NCBI GenBank assembly: GCA_012295275.1
Contig: CM022674.1
Location: forward strand, 4,278,001 to 4,342,000
Origin: Chrysomallon squamiferum
Taxonomy: Eukaryota > Animalia > Mollusca
Direction of reading: 5' to 3'
DNA: 64,000 bases
Below the pieces are notes generated by a model. It was not told the DNA's origin and did not search any database. It saw only the letters and a list, made by a program, of their open reading frames with translations. Shown piece by piece: positions 14,874-28,108 of the stretch. Positions within the stretch are counted from its first letter, which is position 1, and every line of letters starts with the position of its first letter. Both the position numbers and the translations under genes were made by a program.

Positions 14874-15584
14874 GACAGCTTAAACCACAAAGACCGAGAG
14901 ATAACAACGACAAAAAAAAACAAAAAAAAAGAAATAGAAGAAAAAAAGGTCTTCTTTAAGAATACAAAAAAGAAAAGAAAAAAAGTAAAAAAAAAAAAAA
15001 AAAAAAACAAGAAAAAATGGCGAACACGTTAATGCGTTTATTAGGACGCTGACACAGAAACGAGGCTACGAGAGGCTAAGCATTACAGACGTCTTATTCC
15101 TGAAACTGACGTGGAAGTCAGTAATTACATTCACTTCTCAGAGACGTCACCGCAGGATTAATGACTCTTCTTGCGAAATAAACAAGAGAAATTATTTATT
15201 GGCTTTTTTTTTTTTCCCTTCTCCTCCTTCTTCTTCTTCGTCTTCGTATTTTTTTTTTTTTTTTCCACCATTGACTCTAGAAAAACCGTAGACCTGCCGT
15301 AAGTCACTTTTGAAAATCATTAAGCATTAGTTTAAGTCGACGCCAAATAGATTTATTTCGATTTGGTTTTATATGTGACAACACGGAGACATATAAATGA
15401 TATTAAGAGCCCGAGTGGCAGATTCTAGCAAACAGAAAATCTTCGCAGGATTGTTTACTCTCGAAGACTCCCGCCAGACTTTCCGCTTGTCCTTGTCAGC
15501 GCTTCAAGGATGGATGGATTGTCTGTGTGTGAGTTTATGTGTAAATGTGTGTCTGTGTGTCTGCCGTTATGTAAATATCTAAGT

Positions 15585-15591
15585 ATGTGTG

Positions 15592-15622
<31 letters not shown>

Positions 15623-15631
15623 TTGTATGTA

Positions 15632-15698
<67 letters not shown>

Positions 15699-16555
15699 AT
15701 GTATGTATGTATGTATGTATGTATGTATGTATGTATATGTATGTATGTGTGTGTATGTATGTATTAATGTATTTTGTATGTATGTGCATGCATGTATGTA
15801 TGTATGAATGAATATGTATGTATGTTTGTATGTATGTTTGAATATATATATGCATGAATATATGTAACCATGAATGAATGTATGTATGTTTGTATGTATG
15901 TTTGTATATATATATATATATAAAATGTATGTATATATGTAGTATGTATGTATGTATGTGTGTGTGTGTAATGTAGGTATGTATGTATGTACGCTTGTAT
16001 GTATGTGTATATGTATATATGTGTGTATGTATGCATGAACGTATGTACGCTTGTATGTATGTGTATGTGTGTATGTGTGTCTGCATGTGTGTATGTATGT
16101 ATGTGTGTATGTGTGTCTCTGTCTGAATGTATGTATGTATGTATGTGTGTCTGTATGTCTGTATGTATGTGTGTTATGTGTGTCTATGTATGTATGTATG
16201 TATGTGTGTGTGTATGTGTGTCTGTATATATGTATGTAGGTATGTATGTGTGTATGTGTGTCTGTATGTCTGTCTGTATGTATGTATGTATGCGTGCATG
16301 AATGCATGTATGTATGTTTGTATGTATGTTTGTATATATATATATATGTAGTATGTATGTATGTATGTATGCATGTGTGTATGTGTGTCTGTATGTATGT
16401 ATGTATGTATGTATGTGTGTCTGTATATATGTATGTATGCATTCATGTATATAAGTAGCTATTTGTATATTTATATACTTATGCATATCAGTATCACTGT
16501 ATATGTATATGTTTGTATGTATGTATGTATGTATTTATGTATGTACGTATGTATA
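15585..16555. repeat. Compound (TG)n/(TATG)n satellite, about 1 kb
   Basis: Continuous gtat/gtgt degenerate array; source of the His-Thr-Tyr-Ile and Met-Tyr-Val-Cys pseudo-ORFs. Confidence 0.95.
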
Positions 16556-17004
16556 GTAAGTAATTGTGTGTAGCATGTTTGAATGTTTATATATGTGTGT
16601 GTGCGTCTAGAAATGATTTGTATGAATGCATGTACGAGTACAAGTGCCTCTGTGTGTATGTTTGATCGGTCTAAATCTATAAGATAACATTTATACACAA
16701 GCTCAAACATGTGTATTTAAGTTCCTTTCTTTCTTTTTAAATAAGACTCTCTCACACATGCATAAACGTAATCCATACACACAAACTTAAATCAAACGTA
16801 CTTTAAAAATGAGTCATTGGAGAGCACGTACTCTAAGAAGAACTGTCACTCAAACACGAAGCAAAACTAAATAACGCTGAAAATATCCTCTGTCCTGTGA
16901 TTGTTTCCAAAACGAAGTTTTCAAACGAGGTAATCAAATAACCTATATATACATTTTTTCTTCTTTTTTTTTCAATTCCTTAAATTTGTGTCCCAGTTCC
17001 TGAA

Positions 17005-17106
17005 ATGTCTGTCACAAATATCCGCAAATTCTTTCAACAATTTCTACAAATGCTGTAACAATGTCTACCAATTCTGTGACAATTTCTGCAAATTCTGTAA
17101 CAATTG
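17005..17106. repeat. Degenerate 21-bp tandem repeat, about 4-5 copies
   Basis: Units such as caaatgctgtaacaatgtcta, ccaattctgtgacaatttctg, caaattctgtaacaatt. Confidence 0.6.
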
Positions 17107-17438
17107 GCGAAATTACCGGGAACAAGTTCTTTCTCTCCCTCTCTCACTCTGTCGCTACTGGAAACAAAACGTTCTGATCATCTCTTAGTGAGTATTTTTT
17201 TTTGTTCTCTGACACTTGCTATCGACTGACCATTGTCCTGCTGGTGTGCTTGGCTTTTATTAAGTTCTGTAGTTTCGTTGACGACTTCTGAATAGAGGAC
17301 GTCAGCGCTTTTGTTGAAATGTTCATTAGTCTGTCTGAGTCAAGATTCGATGACTGTTTGTACGTCAGCCGTAGGAGTTGTCAAGACTCTGTGCATTATC
17401 GTACAAGGTTATCATCACTCTTTGCAGTCTAACCTCGC

Positions 17439-17439
<1 letters not shown>

Positions 17440-17469
<30 letters not shown>

Positions 17470-17552
17470 GCTATTAGTAGTAGTAGTAGTAGTGGTGGTA
17501 GTAGCAGTAGTATTGCTATTATTATTATTATTATCAGTAGTAGTAGTATTAA

Positions 17553-17592
<40 letters not shown>

Positions 17593-17803
17593 GCTAGTAG
17601 TAGTAGTATTGCTATTATTATTATTAGTATTAGTATTATTATTGTTATTGCTATTAGTAGTAGTAGTGGTGGTGGTAGTAGTAGCAGTAGTAGTATTGCT
17701 GTTGTCGTTGTTGTGGTTATTATTATTATTATTATTATTTTTGTTGTTATTATTAACGTGGATATTACTACTACTACTACTACCACTACCACTACCACTA
17801 CCA

Positions 17804-17855
<52 letters not shown>

Positions 17856-17881
17856 CACTACCACTACCACTACCACTACCA

Positions 17882-17936
<55 letters not shown>

Positions 17937-17980
17937 CACTACCACTACTACTACTAGTACTACTACTACTACTACTATTG
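17440..17980. repeat. Compound trinucleotide microsatellite (TAT/TAG, then TAC/CAC)
   Basis: Directly visible; produces poly-Ile/Ser/Thr/Leu/Val ORFs. Confidence 0.95.
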
Positions 17981-18288
17981 TTTTGTAATGTAAGAAATTA
18001 AAGTTTCTGGATACATATTATTTTAACCAGTTTCAATTGTACACAAAAGACGTTTCAGCTATGAATGTTTAATTAAATCGTGATAAAAAACCCATGTATA
18101 TAACGCAGATTCGAAGATAGACAGAGACAGACAGAGAGAGAGACAGATATATATATAGATACATGGATATACAGACATATATATATATATATATACACAT
18201 ACATACATATCTGTCTCTTTATCTCTCTCTCTTTATATATATATATACATATATACATACATACATACATACATAAATATCTCTCTCT

Positions 18289-18331
<43 letters not shown>

Positions 18332-18515
18332 TATATATATGTATCTATGTATGTATGTAAGTATGCATGTATGTATGTATGTATTAAAGTGATAAAAATG
18401 TACAAGAAATTATCGAAACGCTCCTTTATTAGTAAATTAAAAACGCAGCTCATAAGAATGCTTTGCTCTGAAGTTGTCCAGTTAAACATAATTGTACATA
18501 GCCCAATGTTCCACC

Positions 18516-18778
18516 TGACTGTCTCACTGTCTGTCTCACTGTCTCACTGACTGTCTCTCTGACTGCCTCACAGACTGTCTCACTTCTCACTGTCTCACTG
18601 TCTCACTGTCTCACTGACTGTCTCTCTGACTGCATCACTGTCTCACTGACTGTCTCTCTGACTGCCTCACTGTCTCACTGACTGTCTCACTGTCTCACTG
18701 ACTGTCTAACTGTCTCACTAACTGTCTCACTGACTGTCTCACAGTCTCACTAACTGTCTCACTGTCTCACTGACTGAC
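18516..18778. repeat. Minisatellite built from ctgtctca / ctga 8-12 bp units
   Basis: tgtctcactgac-type units repeated for about 260 bp. Confidence 0.9.
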
Positions 18779-19219
18779 CACTGGATTTAGGATTGCTAGC
18801 ACGTACCACTAACGGACACAAACAAGTTTATTAATTTCAAGATAACTAATTAATTATTATAAGGGATCTGCATCTCACAGATCGAATGGATCGTATTATA
18901 TACAAAATAACATATCTGTTTCACACGCATGAAAGATGCATTGTGAAAGGCACGCTAGTTCTGTGCATGTCTTTCAACTGCATCGTAAATTAATTCGTAT
19001 ATTTAAAAAAAAAGAAAGACAAAAAAAAGACACCCCCCCCAGACAATTAGGTTTTGTTTTTTTGTATCATCCTAAAAAAAAAAAAAAAAAATCGAGAGAG
19101 AGACAGAACGATTTCCTTTGATTAAAAGTTTAGATTTATTTTTAGTTATTTTAATAGAATACAAAAAATGTATGAAATCGTAGCTTTGTTGTGAGTCTTT
19201 GGGGAAAATGCTGATTCGA

Positions 19220-19393
<174 letters not shown>

Positions 19394-20230
19394 GGGGGCG
19401 TATCAGCACTAAATAAAACGGAGACAGGCTGAAACTGAACTAAAGATAGACGCAGTGTATATATGTATACATAAAAAGAACACTAAATAAAGAAACTTTT
19501 ATTTGCGCAGTAAACGCAGACTCATCTAATGCTTTTTTATTTGACATCACTTGTCCTTCACTATGTACAACATTACCTACATCAGACCATAAATACATTT
19601 ATGTGTATATTAGGCTAGAGCGAATTTGTGTTTAAAATAATATTTTATCATCATTATCATCACTGTCACAACTTTAGATCTGTTATAGAAACTGTATAGA
19701 CGATATCGCATTAAAACTGAACAGCCATTTTTATTTTTTGTATTTCGTTGCTTTTTTTTTTTTTGGTTTTTTTTTTTTTTTTTTTCTTATCATATCCTTA
19801 ATTATACACAAACAAAACAATTATATCCCTTAATTACACGCTCAAACATGGCGTGTTACGAATTTATTTCAAGCTGAAAACCATTTTATTTCTGCTCTTA
19901 CAGAACTCTCAAAGGAAGACTGCGTTTAATAATCTCTGTGATGAAACGTTACTACAATATTTTACTCTGGCTCCAGAATTCTCGATTGAATTAAAACCTG
20001 CGAAAGGAGCTGACCCGAAATAACGTGATTAAATACACAATAGTACTTTTGTTTTAAGAAAGAAAAGGTGCAGATCGATAAATTGATACGCATGTGTGTG
20101 TACTGTTTCTTAGTCCACTCAGGTTGTGGAACTTTGGGTTTCCGCATTTGGAATATTTTAATCAAAGAAAGTGAATGACGATAGATTTGAAATGGTTCTG
20201 TATGTTAGCTGGTGGCCAATTTCCTAATCT

Positions 20231-20307
<77 letters not shown>

Positions 20308-21479
20308 TGATGATGATGATGATGATGACAGTGTTAATAATAGTAATACCATTATCATTAACACCATCGTGTCATAATCTTTATCATTATAGAAAAATGA
20401 TGCAACAATAACCTGATATTGATTAATAATGATTATGATGATGACGATGATGGTGATGCTGATAATACTGCTCTGTGCTGACAGATGACAACATTTTTGA
20501 TCATAAGTTAAGAAAATGTATTTTCTCTACAAAAAACGGACAAGAATCTATTCATACCAACAAAGGAACACTAAAGTTGACCATTCAACATTCATAAGCT
20601 GCATCATGGTTGTTCATATTTCAGATATTTGTAAATTAATCTTTTATTAGTTACGAGAAAAAGAGTTACTGGTATTTCGAGCATAAATTATGATAATATA
20701 TAACATTCCTTGTTACTGAAAAAACAGAATGGTACATTCATAAATTATGCTAATGTTGCTGCACAAAATTACGTAAAATATATACATATATATATAAATT
20801 CGCTAAGTGAAGTGGTAATATCTGACATTTAATAAGAATTATGTCAATGGATATTGGCTCTTATGTTCCTGACAAAAGTCGACGTTGGATGTGACAATGG
20901 CAGCGTCATATAGTTTAGAAGTTACTGTCACTTTCCCGTTCATTTCAAAATATTTTCATTTTTGACTTAAAGAAATTAATTTCGAATATCATTATTTCTG
21001 TTTTGTAAATGTTTTTTTCTGTAACGTATCTCGAACAGTTGGATAATGACTATATCTTAACTGAGACTTCGCTTTAGTGCTGCTATTCCTGACTACGTTA
21101 GTACGTCATAGATTATCTTTGCTGTGTAGTACTGTTGATACGTTTTGATGGGGTTAGTGCATATTTTTGATATAAGGAGCAATTCCAAAGCCTTTATTTA
21201 AAAACGCACGTCATGTCTAATTGTCATTTTTTACTATTCTTTATCCGTTCTTTATTTTACATTTGTTCACTTTTTTCTATTTAAATTTAAGATTATTTTA
21301 CTAACATTCTATTATATATCTTTTTCTTTTTCTTTTTTGTTTGTTTTTAAGGTAACTGCGATGTGAATGTATGTCAGTTTATGTTTTAATCTGATGTTTT
21401 GATTTCTGCTGTTTTTGTATAAAAAAATATACTGGTGAATGTATATAGGTGCGTGCGCGCGTGTTTATGTGTGTGTTTT

Positions 21480-21590
<111 letters not shown>

Positions 21591-22054
21591 TACACAAACA
21601 AACTAAAGAATATCTTCATTTACAATTAAAGTTGTAGGTATTCCTAATTTTCACTTTTTAAAAAAAGGAGCTGATTTTATAAAATAAATAAATAAGTAAA
21701 GAAATAAAGAAAGAAAGATAGAAAGAAGGAAAGGAAGAAAAAAGAAAATAATCAAAATGAAATAAAACGAAAATAAAAAAAGAAGAAAATTTAACTATTT
21801 GAATTAAGCAGATTACTTATGCTTTATTAAATATTTGGGTTTATTTGTTTATTCATTTTCAATAGAACAAAAATTTCGTAACGTATTTCATAGATTTTGA
21901 CAGCTCTTCAAAGTTAATCAGTCTGATTTATTTGGAAACGAATTTCCTGTATTAAGATACTAACTGTATTAACAAGGCTACGAAACAACATTACAAAGGT
22001 GAGACTGCCCCAATTTTAAATTCATACTATTTGTTTTTATTTTATTTTATTTTA

Positions 22055-22088
<34 letters not shown>

Positions 22089-22265
22089 TGTTTTAAATAA
22101 TTACATTATTAATATTTTGGCATAATAAATAAATCAAAATAAACAGTTTCATGCAATTTAATCCAAGGCAGTAATTTCACTGTAGAGTTCTAAAGTTTGT
22201 TCTTTATTATAAAAAAGTGTCTATTATTATTATTATTATTGTTATTATTATTAACATTATTATTA

Positions 22266-22296
<31 letters not shown>

Positions 22297-22312
22297 CTAA
22301 AACGAAACTTAC

Positions 22313-22742
22313 CTCGTATAAAATCCACCGCTTGTTCCAAACCGTATATATCGCGGTCGCAATCGTCTTTTGCCAGAACTCCGATTTTAACTCCGGGAAT
22401 GAAATTAGTTTTGTTGCTATTTATATAATCCAGCGTGTACAGCATGGTCTCCAGGGCCTGTATCCCTCCCTGGGGCATAATCCTACCACAGATCTTATCC
22501 TCGCTCCTCGCGTGGACCATGTGCAAAGCTCCGAGGATTATCTGGCCGTCCACATTGGACGCCAGGTCCCTGTTCGGCCAAGTGTAGTTGGAGTATTTCC
22601 CTTGGAAAACGAAACTTTTCTCATTGTGCGACGAGTTTTCGTTCCACTCGGGTATCTCCAGGACCCCGCCGCCGAACAACGTGAAGAACCACACTGAAGA
22701 GTAAGCTAGTGTCAGCGCACAGGTATGGGACGCTGCATTCAT
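22313..22742 (-). CDS. mXR: First coding exon of a class C GPCR, metabotropic glutamate receptor family (mXR/mangetout-like): signal-peptide-like N-terminus plus start of the Venus flytrap ligand-binding domain
   Basis: ATG at 22742 opens MNAASHTCALTLAYSSVWFFTLFGGG...GQIILGALHMVHARSEDKICGRIMPQGGIQALETMLYTLDYIN...FIPGVKIGVLAKDDCDRDIYGLEQAVDFIRG, matching the mGluR N-terminal pattern (G-D/Q-I-I-L-G, C-G, E-x-M-L-Y, I-P-G-V-K-I-G, D-x-C). Canonical donor G|GTAAGT (plus-strand acttac 22307-22312), phase 1. No next exon recognised in 1-22312, so the intron is longer than 22 kb. Family membership is secure; the mXR subfamily call rests on recalled motifs (PQGGIQAL, DDCD, YGLEQAVDF). Confidence 0.93.
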
Positions 22743-23080
22743 GGTCCATGGACACAACAACAACACACTCGGCGAAAACGTATGACGGGGTGGAAAGAGA
22801 GAAAAAAAAAAAAAGCGACCGATATACTCTCGTCTCCTTTTAACTTTCGCTCGCTGGCTCGCTGTCTCGCTGGTTGGTTGGTTGGTTGGTTGGTTGGTTC
22901 TTCTTCGTTGTTAGAGTCCGCCTATAGCTGCCGATTCAGCCTCGGCTAGAAAAATTGATCATTTTATTGAGAAAGCCGTTTTGTCCACTGAGAAACTCTG
23001 GATTGCGGGATTCGTTCTACTTTGACGCCCGTTTGTTGAACGTGAACACGTTTTTGTCACAGCCGAGGTGACGTGTGTAC

Positions 23081-23098
23081 AGAGAGGGAGGGAGGGAG

Positions 23099-23187
<89 letters not shown>

Positions 23188-23215
23188 TGTAGAATTAATT
23201 TACAAAGTTTATGAC

Positions 23216-23259
<44 letters not shown>

Positions 23260-23290
23260 TATTACTACTACTACTACTATTATTAATGAC

Positions 23291-23321
<31 letters not shown>

Positions 23322-23350
23322 CTACTACTACTACTACTATTATTAATGAC

Positions 23351-23387
<37 letters not shown>

Positions 23388-23845
23388 CGAAACGTTATTA
23401 TTTTGTTTATGTCTTTACATTTAATGTTACTATTACTGCAAAAACTAGGAACAATTAACTATTTTTTTTGGGGGGTTGGGTGTCTCTTTATTTGAGTATT
23501 ACAAAAACAACCGCAGCTACAGGAAACGTAGTAGTAGTAGTAGTAGTAGTAATAGTAGTAGTAGTAGTAGTAGTAATAGTAGTAGTAGCAGTAGTAGTAA
23601 TAGTAGTAGTAGCAGTAGTAGTAATAGTAGAGTAGTAGTAGTAGTAATAGTAGTAGTCGTAGTAATAGTAGTAGTAGTAGTAGCAGTTGTAGTAGTAGTT
23701 GTAGTAGTAGTAATAGTAGTAGTAGTAGTAGTAGTAATAGTAGTAGTAGCAGTAGTAGTAATAGTTTTAGTAGTAGTAATAGTAGTAGTCATTAGTAATA
23801 GTAGTAGTAGTAGTAGAGTTGTAGTAGTAGTTGTAGTAGTCTTCT
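23081..23845. repeat. (GA)n, (TAT)n with a 60-bp duplication, and (TAG)n arrays just upstream of the class C receptor exon
   Basis: (GA)n 23081-23183; tattaatgacagtatt at 23281 and 23341; (TAG)n 23528-23840. Confidence 0.9.
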
Positions 23846-24361
23846 TCTTCTTTGTAATGGCATTAGGAGCTTCATGTTAATTATTATTGTTATTATTATT
23901 ATTATTATGTATGTATGTCTTTATTCGTGACTTCATTACTTTACTACTGTCAGAACTAGAAGCAAGCAGTGGTAGCTTTTGTTACTTTGTCACAATTCTT
24001 AACTTTTGTTGTTGTTCCCATATATATATATATATATATGTAAAATAAAATAAAACTCTCATTCTATTATTACTACTATCACCACCACTACCACGACTAC
24101 TACTACTACATCCTAATAATGCATCGTTAACAGTCGTGACAATCAGATGCAGTTCCAGCAAATCTAGTTACAATATTATTATCAGATTTCATTTATAACT
24201 TGCGCATTAATGTCGTTAATCTTTTTCTTATTATTTGTAAAAATTAGTAGTTGTAGCAGTATTAGTGTAGTGGTAACAGTACTAGTATTACTTGTGGTAA
24301 TAGAGGTACTAGTAGTTTTTGTTTTAGTATTAGCTGTAGTAAAGTAATGGAAATTAAATTC

Positions 24362-24524
24362 GTTTATCAGAAATTCTTGAGACCGAAAGTGTTTCAGATT
24401 TCTGAATTTTGGGGGTATTTCGGAATTTTGGGGGTATTTCGGAATATTAGGAGAAAGCCGGAGAAAACGAATTAAGTCTACAATGAATTTCAATTATATG
24501 TCATATACAGCTTATACAAATATA

Positions 24525-24575
<51 letters not shown>

Positions 24576-24604
24576 GATTCCGAATAATGGATCCCAAGCC
24601 TGTA
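24362..24604. mobile_element. pogo/Tigger-type (MER46/Tigger4-like) MITE remnant interrupted by (TA)n
   Basis: Left part ttatcagaaattcttgagaccgaaagtgtttcagatttctgaattttg...tttcggaatatt and right end ggattccgaataatggatcccaagcctg-TA resemble recalled Tigger4/MER46 subterminal motifs and the CCTG-TA terminus. Internal gaattttgggggtatttcg is duplicated. Left TIR degraded. Confidence 0.45.
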
Positions 24605-24626
24605 TTTCTAAAATGTTATACGCATT

Positions 24627-24740
<114 letters not shown>

Positions 24741-27712
24741 CCCCTTCCCCTCTCCCTCCCTCTGTGGATATCACGATGATAACGATCAACAGCATCAAAA
24801 TTATATACGCAAGTGCGTTGTTAAGACGTATCACCTGACAAAGGTTCTGTAAGATATCTCCTGTCTACGTACATCACTGTTATTAGCACGCATGGGAACA
24901 TTATCGAGACTTCACTGAGAGATAACCAGCGTATTAAACAGGCGCATAAAGCTTGTATAACATTAAACTATTATACGTTAACAAAATCCATCACCATCAG
25001 ATTGTCGCTAATAACCAACGCTATGACATGTTTTTCTTGACCATTAGCTTGTTCCTATCACTTGTTTCGAAACATCTACGTCATAGACGTCTTTTCAACG
25101 ACCTTGCTGTAGCAGTTGCTGTTGCTACGTTGAGAAATGGTCAGTATCAATGACAATGGTTTGTAACGTTGTTGTAACGTTGTTGTTTCGTTTTGTCAAG
25201 AATCTGACAAATATAATTATTTTTCCTATTTAAAAAAAAAAAAAAATATATATATTTTTTTTATTTTTTCATAATGTCTTTCGTGTTGTTATGGTTTGTA
25301 AGAAAAGTACTCTTGCTGCTACTGGACAAGGGTCAATGTGTCGTCATTGTTTGTCCATCTTCGCTTAGCTTTCTCAGAGTCATTATTAATGGATTTTTTT
25401 TTTTTTTTTTACCATTCTGTTACTGTTAAGGGAAAACCCAGCATTACTGGTTTTGGCCGTCTTAATTAGTATCTTTGTGTTTTCACCCACGTCCGTGTTC
25501 TAGATGTCGCTGCCAGCAAACTTGTGTAATACTTGCGACACGGATGAAGTGATGAATACCAGTATAACGAGTAGTGGAACAATACACAATTCTTTGTTTG
25601 TTGTTTATATTGATACAAAAATTTAATAACGTTATTATTATTTTTGTATTTATTATTATTATTATTATTGTTGTTGTTGTTGTTGTTGATATTATTATTA
25701 TTTGATTATTTCTACTACAGCTGCTTGTTATTATAATAACAGTAATGATGATGATGATAATAATAACAATAACAACAATAATATTAATTATTATTATTAT
25801 TATTGTCGTTGTTGTTGTTATTATTATTATCATCATCATCATCATTACTGTTATTATACAGCAGTTCTAGTATAAATAATAAAATAATAATAATATCAAC
25901 AACAACAATAACTATAATAATAATAAATAAAATAATAATAATATTATTATTACTATTATTATAAATGTTTACATATTTGTTAATACATTTCAATTATATT
26001 TTCATTTATTTGTTTATTTATTTATTTATTGCTATATTCATTGTTTTATTCATTGGAGCTGTATGGAATGACACAGAGAAAGTGACGTTGAGTTAAAAAA
26101 TATTAAAAGTGTGTCACCATTGTTACACGTGTCCAGAGAAATATCACTTCTATCCATAACGTATTTCCATCAGTAGCAGTAGTGGTGTTTTCAAACTGAT
26201 TCATGCAAAATTAACGTCGACGTCTTCGCATCTAAGACTTATCCTTGCATCAACCGTTGTCACTATTGTCACGGCAAATGCTGCTGCTATATGAATAATG
26301 CTTACGAAATTATTTTTGCAGTTCTGTTACCGTTGTTGCATCGAAAATGTCACTGCCTTTGCTGTTTTTGATGCAACGTCACTAGCTGTGCTGCCCTGTC
26401 CATGTTAACACTGTCGTTGTCGTTGTTTTGATAACGCTACAGACGTTGTTTATCAACTATGTTTTGTCACGACGTCACAAATGTCAAAAGAAGTGCTGCA
26501 TCTACGCATCAATAACATCTCCATATCTTCGCGAATCCGCCGTTGTCGTTGTCTGGAAATGTATCATCGTCGCGTACGATGATGTATCGACGTGTTATCC
26601 CGGTGTCATCGTCGCTGCTGTTGCTGCAGAGATATATCGCTGCCAGTGATGATGGCTATTTTGTCACCTCCGTTTGCTCACGTTGGTTATCATGAAGATG
26701 GTATCATGGGGTCAGTAGGGATTAGTCTGTCGGGAATTTTTGCTCCCTTCAAGTACGTCGCGTCAAAGATTTCGGATATTGATATTGTCTTCGTGGACAG
26801 GAAGAAGATATAGTAAGATGTAGCTTTCCGAACTTTAATATTGGTAGTAGTTGCTGTAGTTGAAGTAGATGTAGTGGCAGACAGAAGTAGCTCTACTAGT
26901 AATGGCTTTAGTGCAAATAATAGTAGCTGTCGTTGACGTAGTATCATAAACGCTGTTGGTGTTTGGTTTTAGCAGCAGTAGCTGAAGTATGGCACATGTA
27001 GTAAATATACTAGTAGTAGCCTTCATTGCATTAATATTGATGTCAGTAATTGTAAACACCGTCAAAGTTGTTGTTGTGTCGCCGTTAACGGGGTTGACAG
27101 GAACGCTGTCAGCAGTTTATGGAAACTTTGTCGTCAACGTTGTTGTTGCGTTCAGGACATCAATATCAATACGACTGGAAACGTACATCATGGATGACGT
27201 CGTTACCGTTGTTCTTGCTGTGTCTGCGACATCATTCTGTTGATGACGTCAGTGGAGTTGTCGCCTTCACTGCAGTCTCAGTCATGATCGTTCCTTCCCA
27301 CCCGGGTGCTGCAGCGACGTTGTTGTTGATGATGAGGTCCCTGTCATCATCTTTTGCATCCCACCGATTTCTGGAACAACGTCGCTGTCGAGGTGATTGG
27401 ATCCATTTATCGCACAGACACGTTAATTTGAGGATCGTGATTTGAAAACATCATATTGGCAATTAAATTAATTGAATTGAATCCTGAGCTAGATTGTCTG
27501 GGAGGAAGGCCTGAGTTCGTTAAATTGAACGTCTGGTGACATCATCACTCTGCAGCTGAGATCTCAACAACAGCTACGCCGAATCCGCCCCGTGTTAAAA
27601 AGATAATCCTTTATCTGTTCGTACGTCACGTTTTGTTTATTTATTTTACTGTTGGAAAGTAAATCTCTGTGTCTCTTTGTTTATCGTTCTGTCTCCCTCT
27701 CTCTCTAATCTA

Positions 27713-27826
<114 letters not shown>

Positions 27827-27827
27827 T

Positions 27828-27894
<67 letters not shown>

Positions 27895-28057
27895 ATCTCT
27901 CTAGTTTATTATATTACGTCTTTTGCTTCCTTTTACATCTTTTGTTCACATTTTTCTTCACTTTTCTTTACGAATGAGATGAATATTTATTTATTAATTT
28001 ATATATTTATTTAATTTTTATACCTATGACTCGATGTTTGTTTTGTTTTTTTTGAAT

Positions 28058-28108
<51 letters not shown>

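Noticed and set aside
16988-17188. Cys/Asn-rich 66-aa ORF
   Set aside because: Arises from a 21-bp degenerate tandem repeat, starts at a non-ATG codon, and has no clear splice context.
15510-17990. Long ORFs up to 287 aa (HTYI, MYVC, poly-Thr/Leu/Val)
   Set aside because: Translations of simple repeats; the same applies to all SLSL, ERER, IYLS and poly-Ile ORFs in the track.
22197-22697. 166-aa plus-strand ORF opposite the class C receptor exon
   Set aside because: Antisense shadow starting in a (TAT)n microsatellite.
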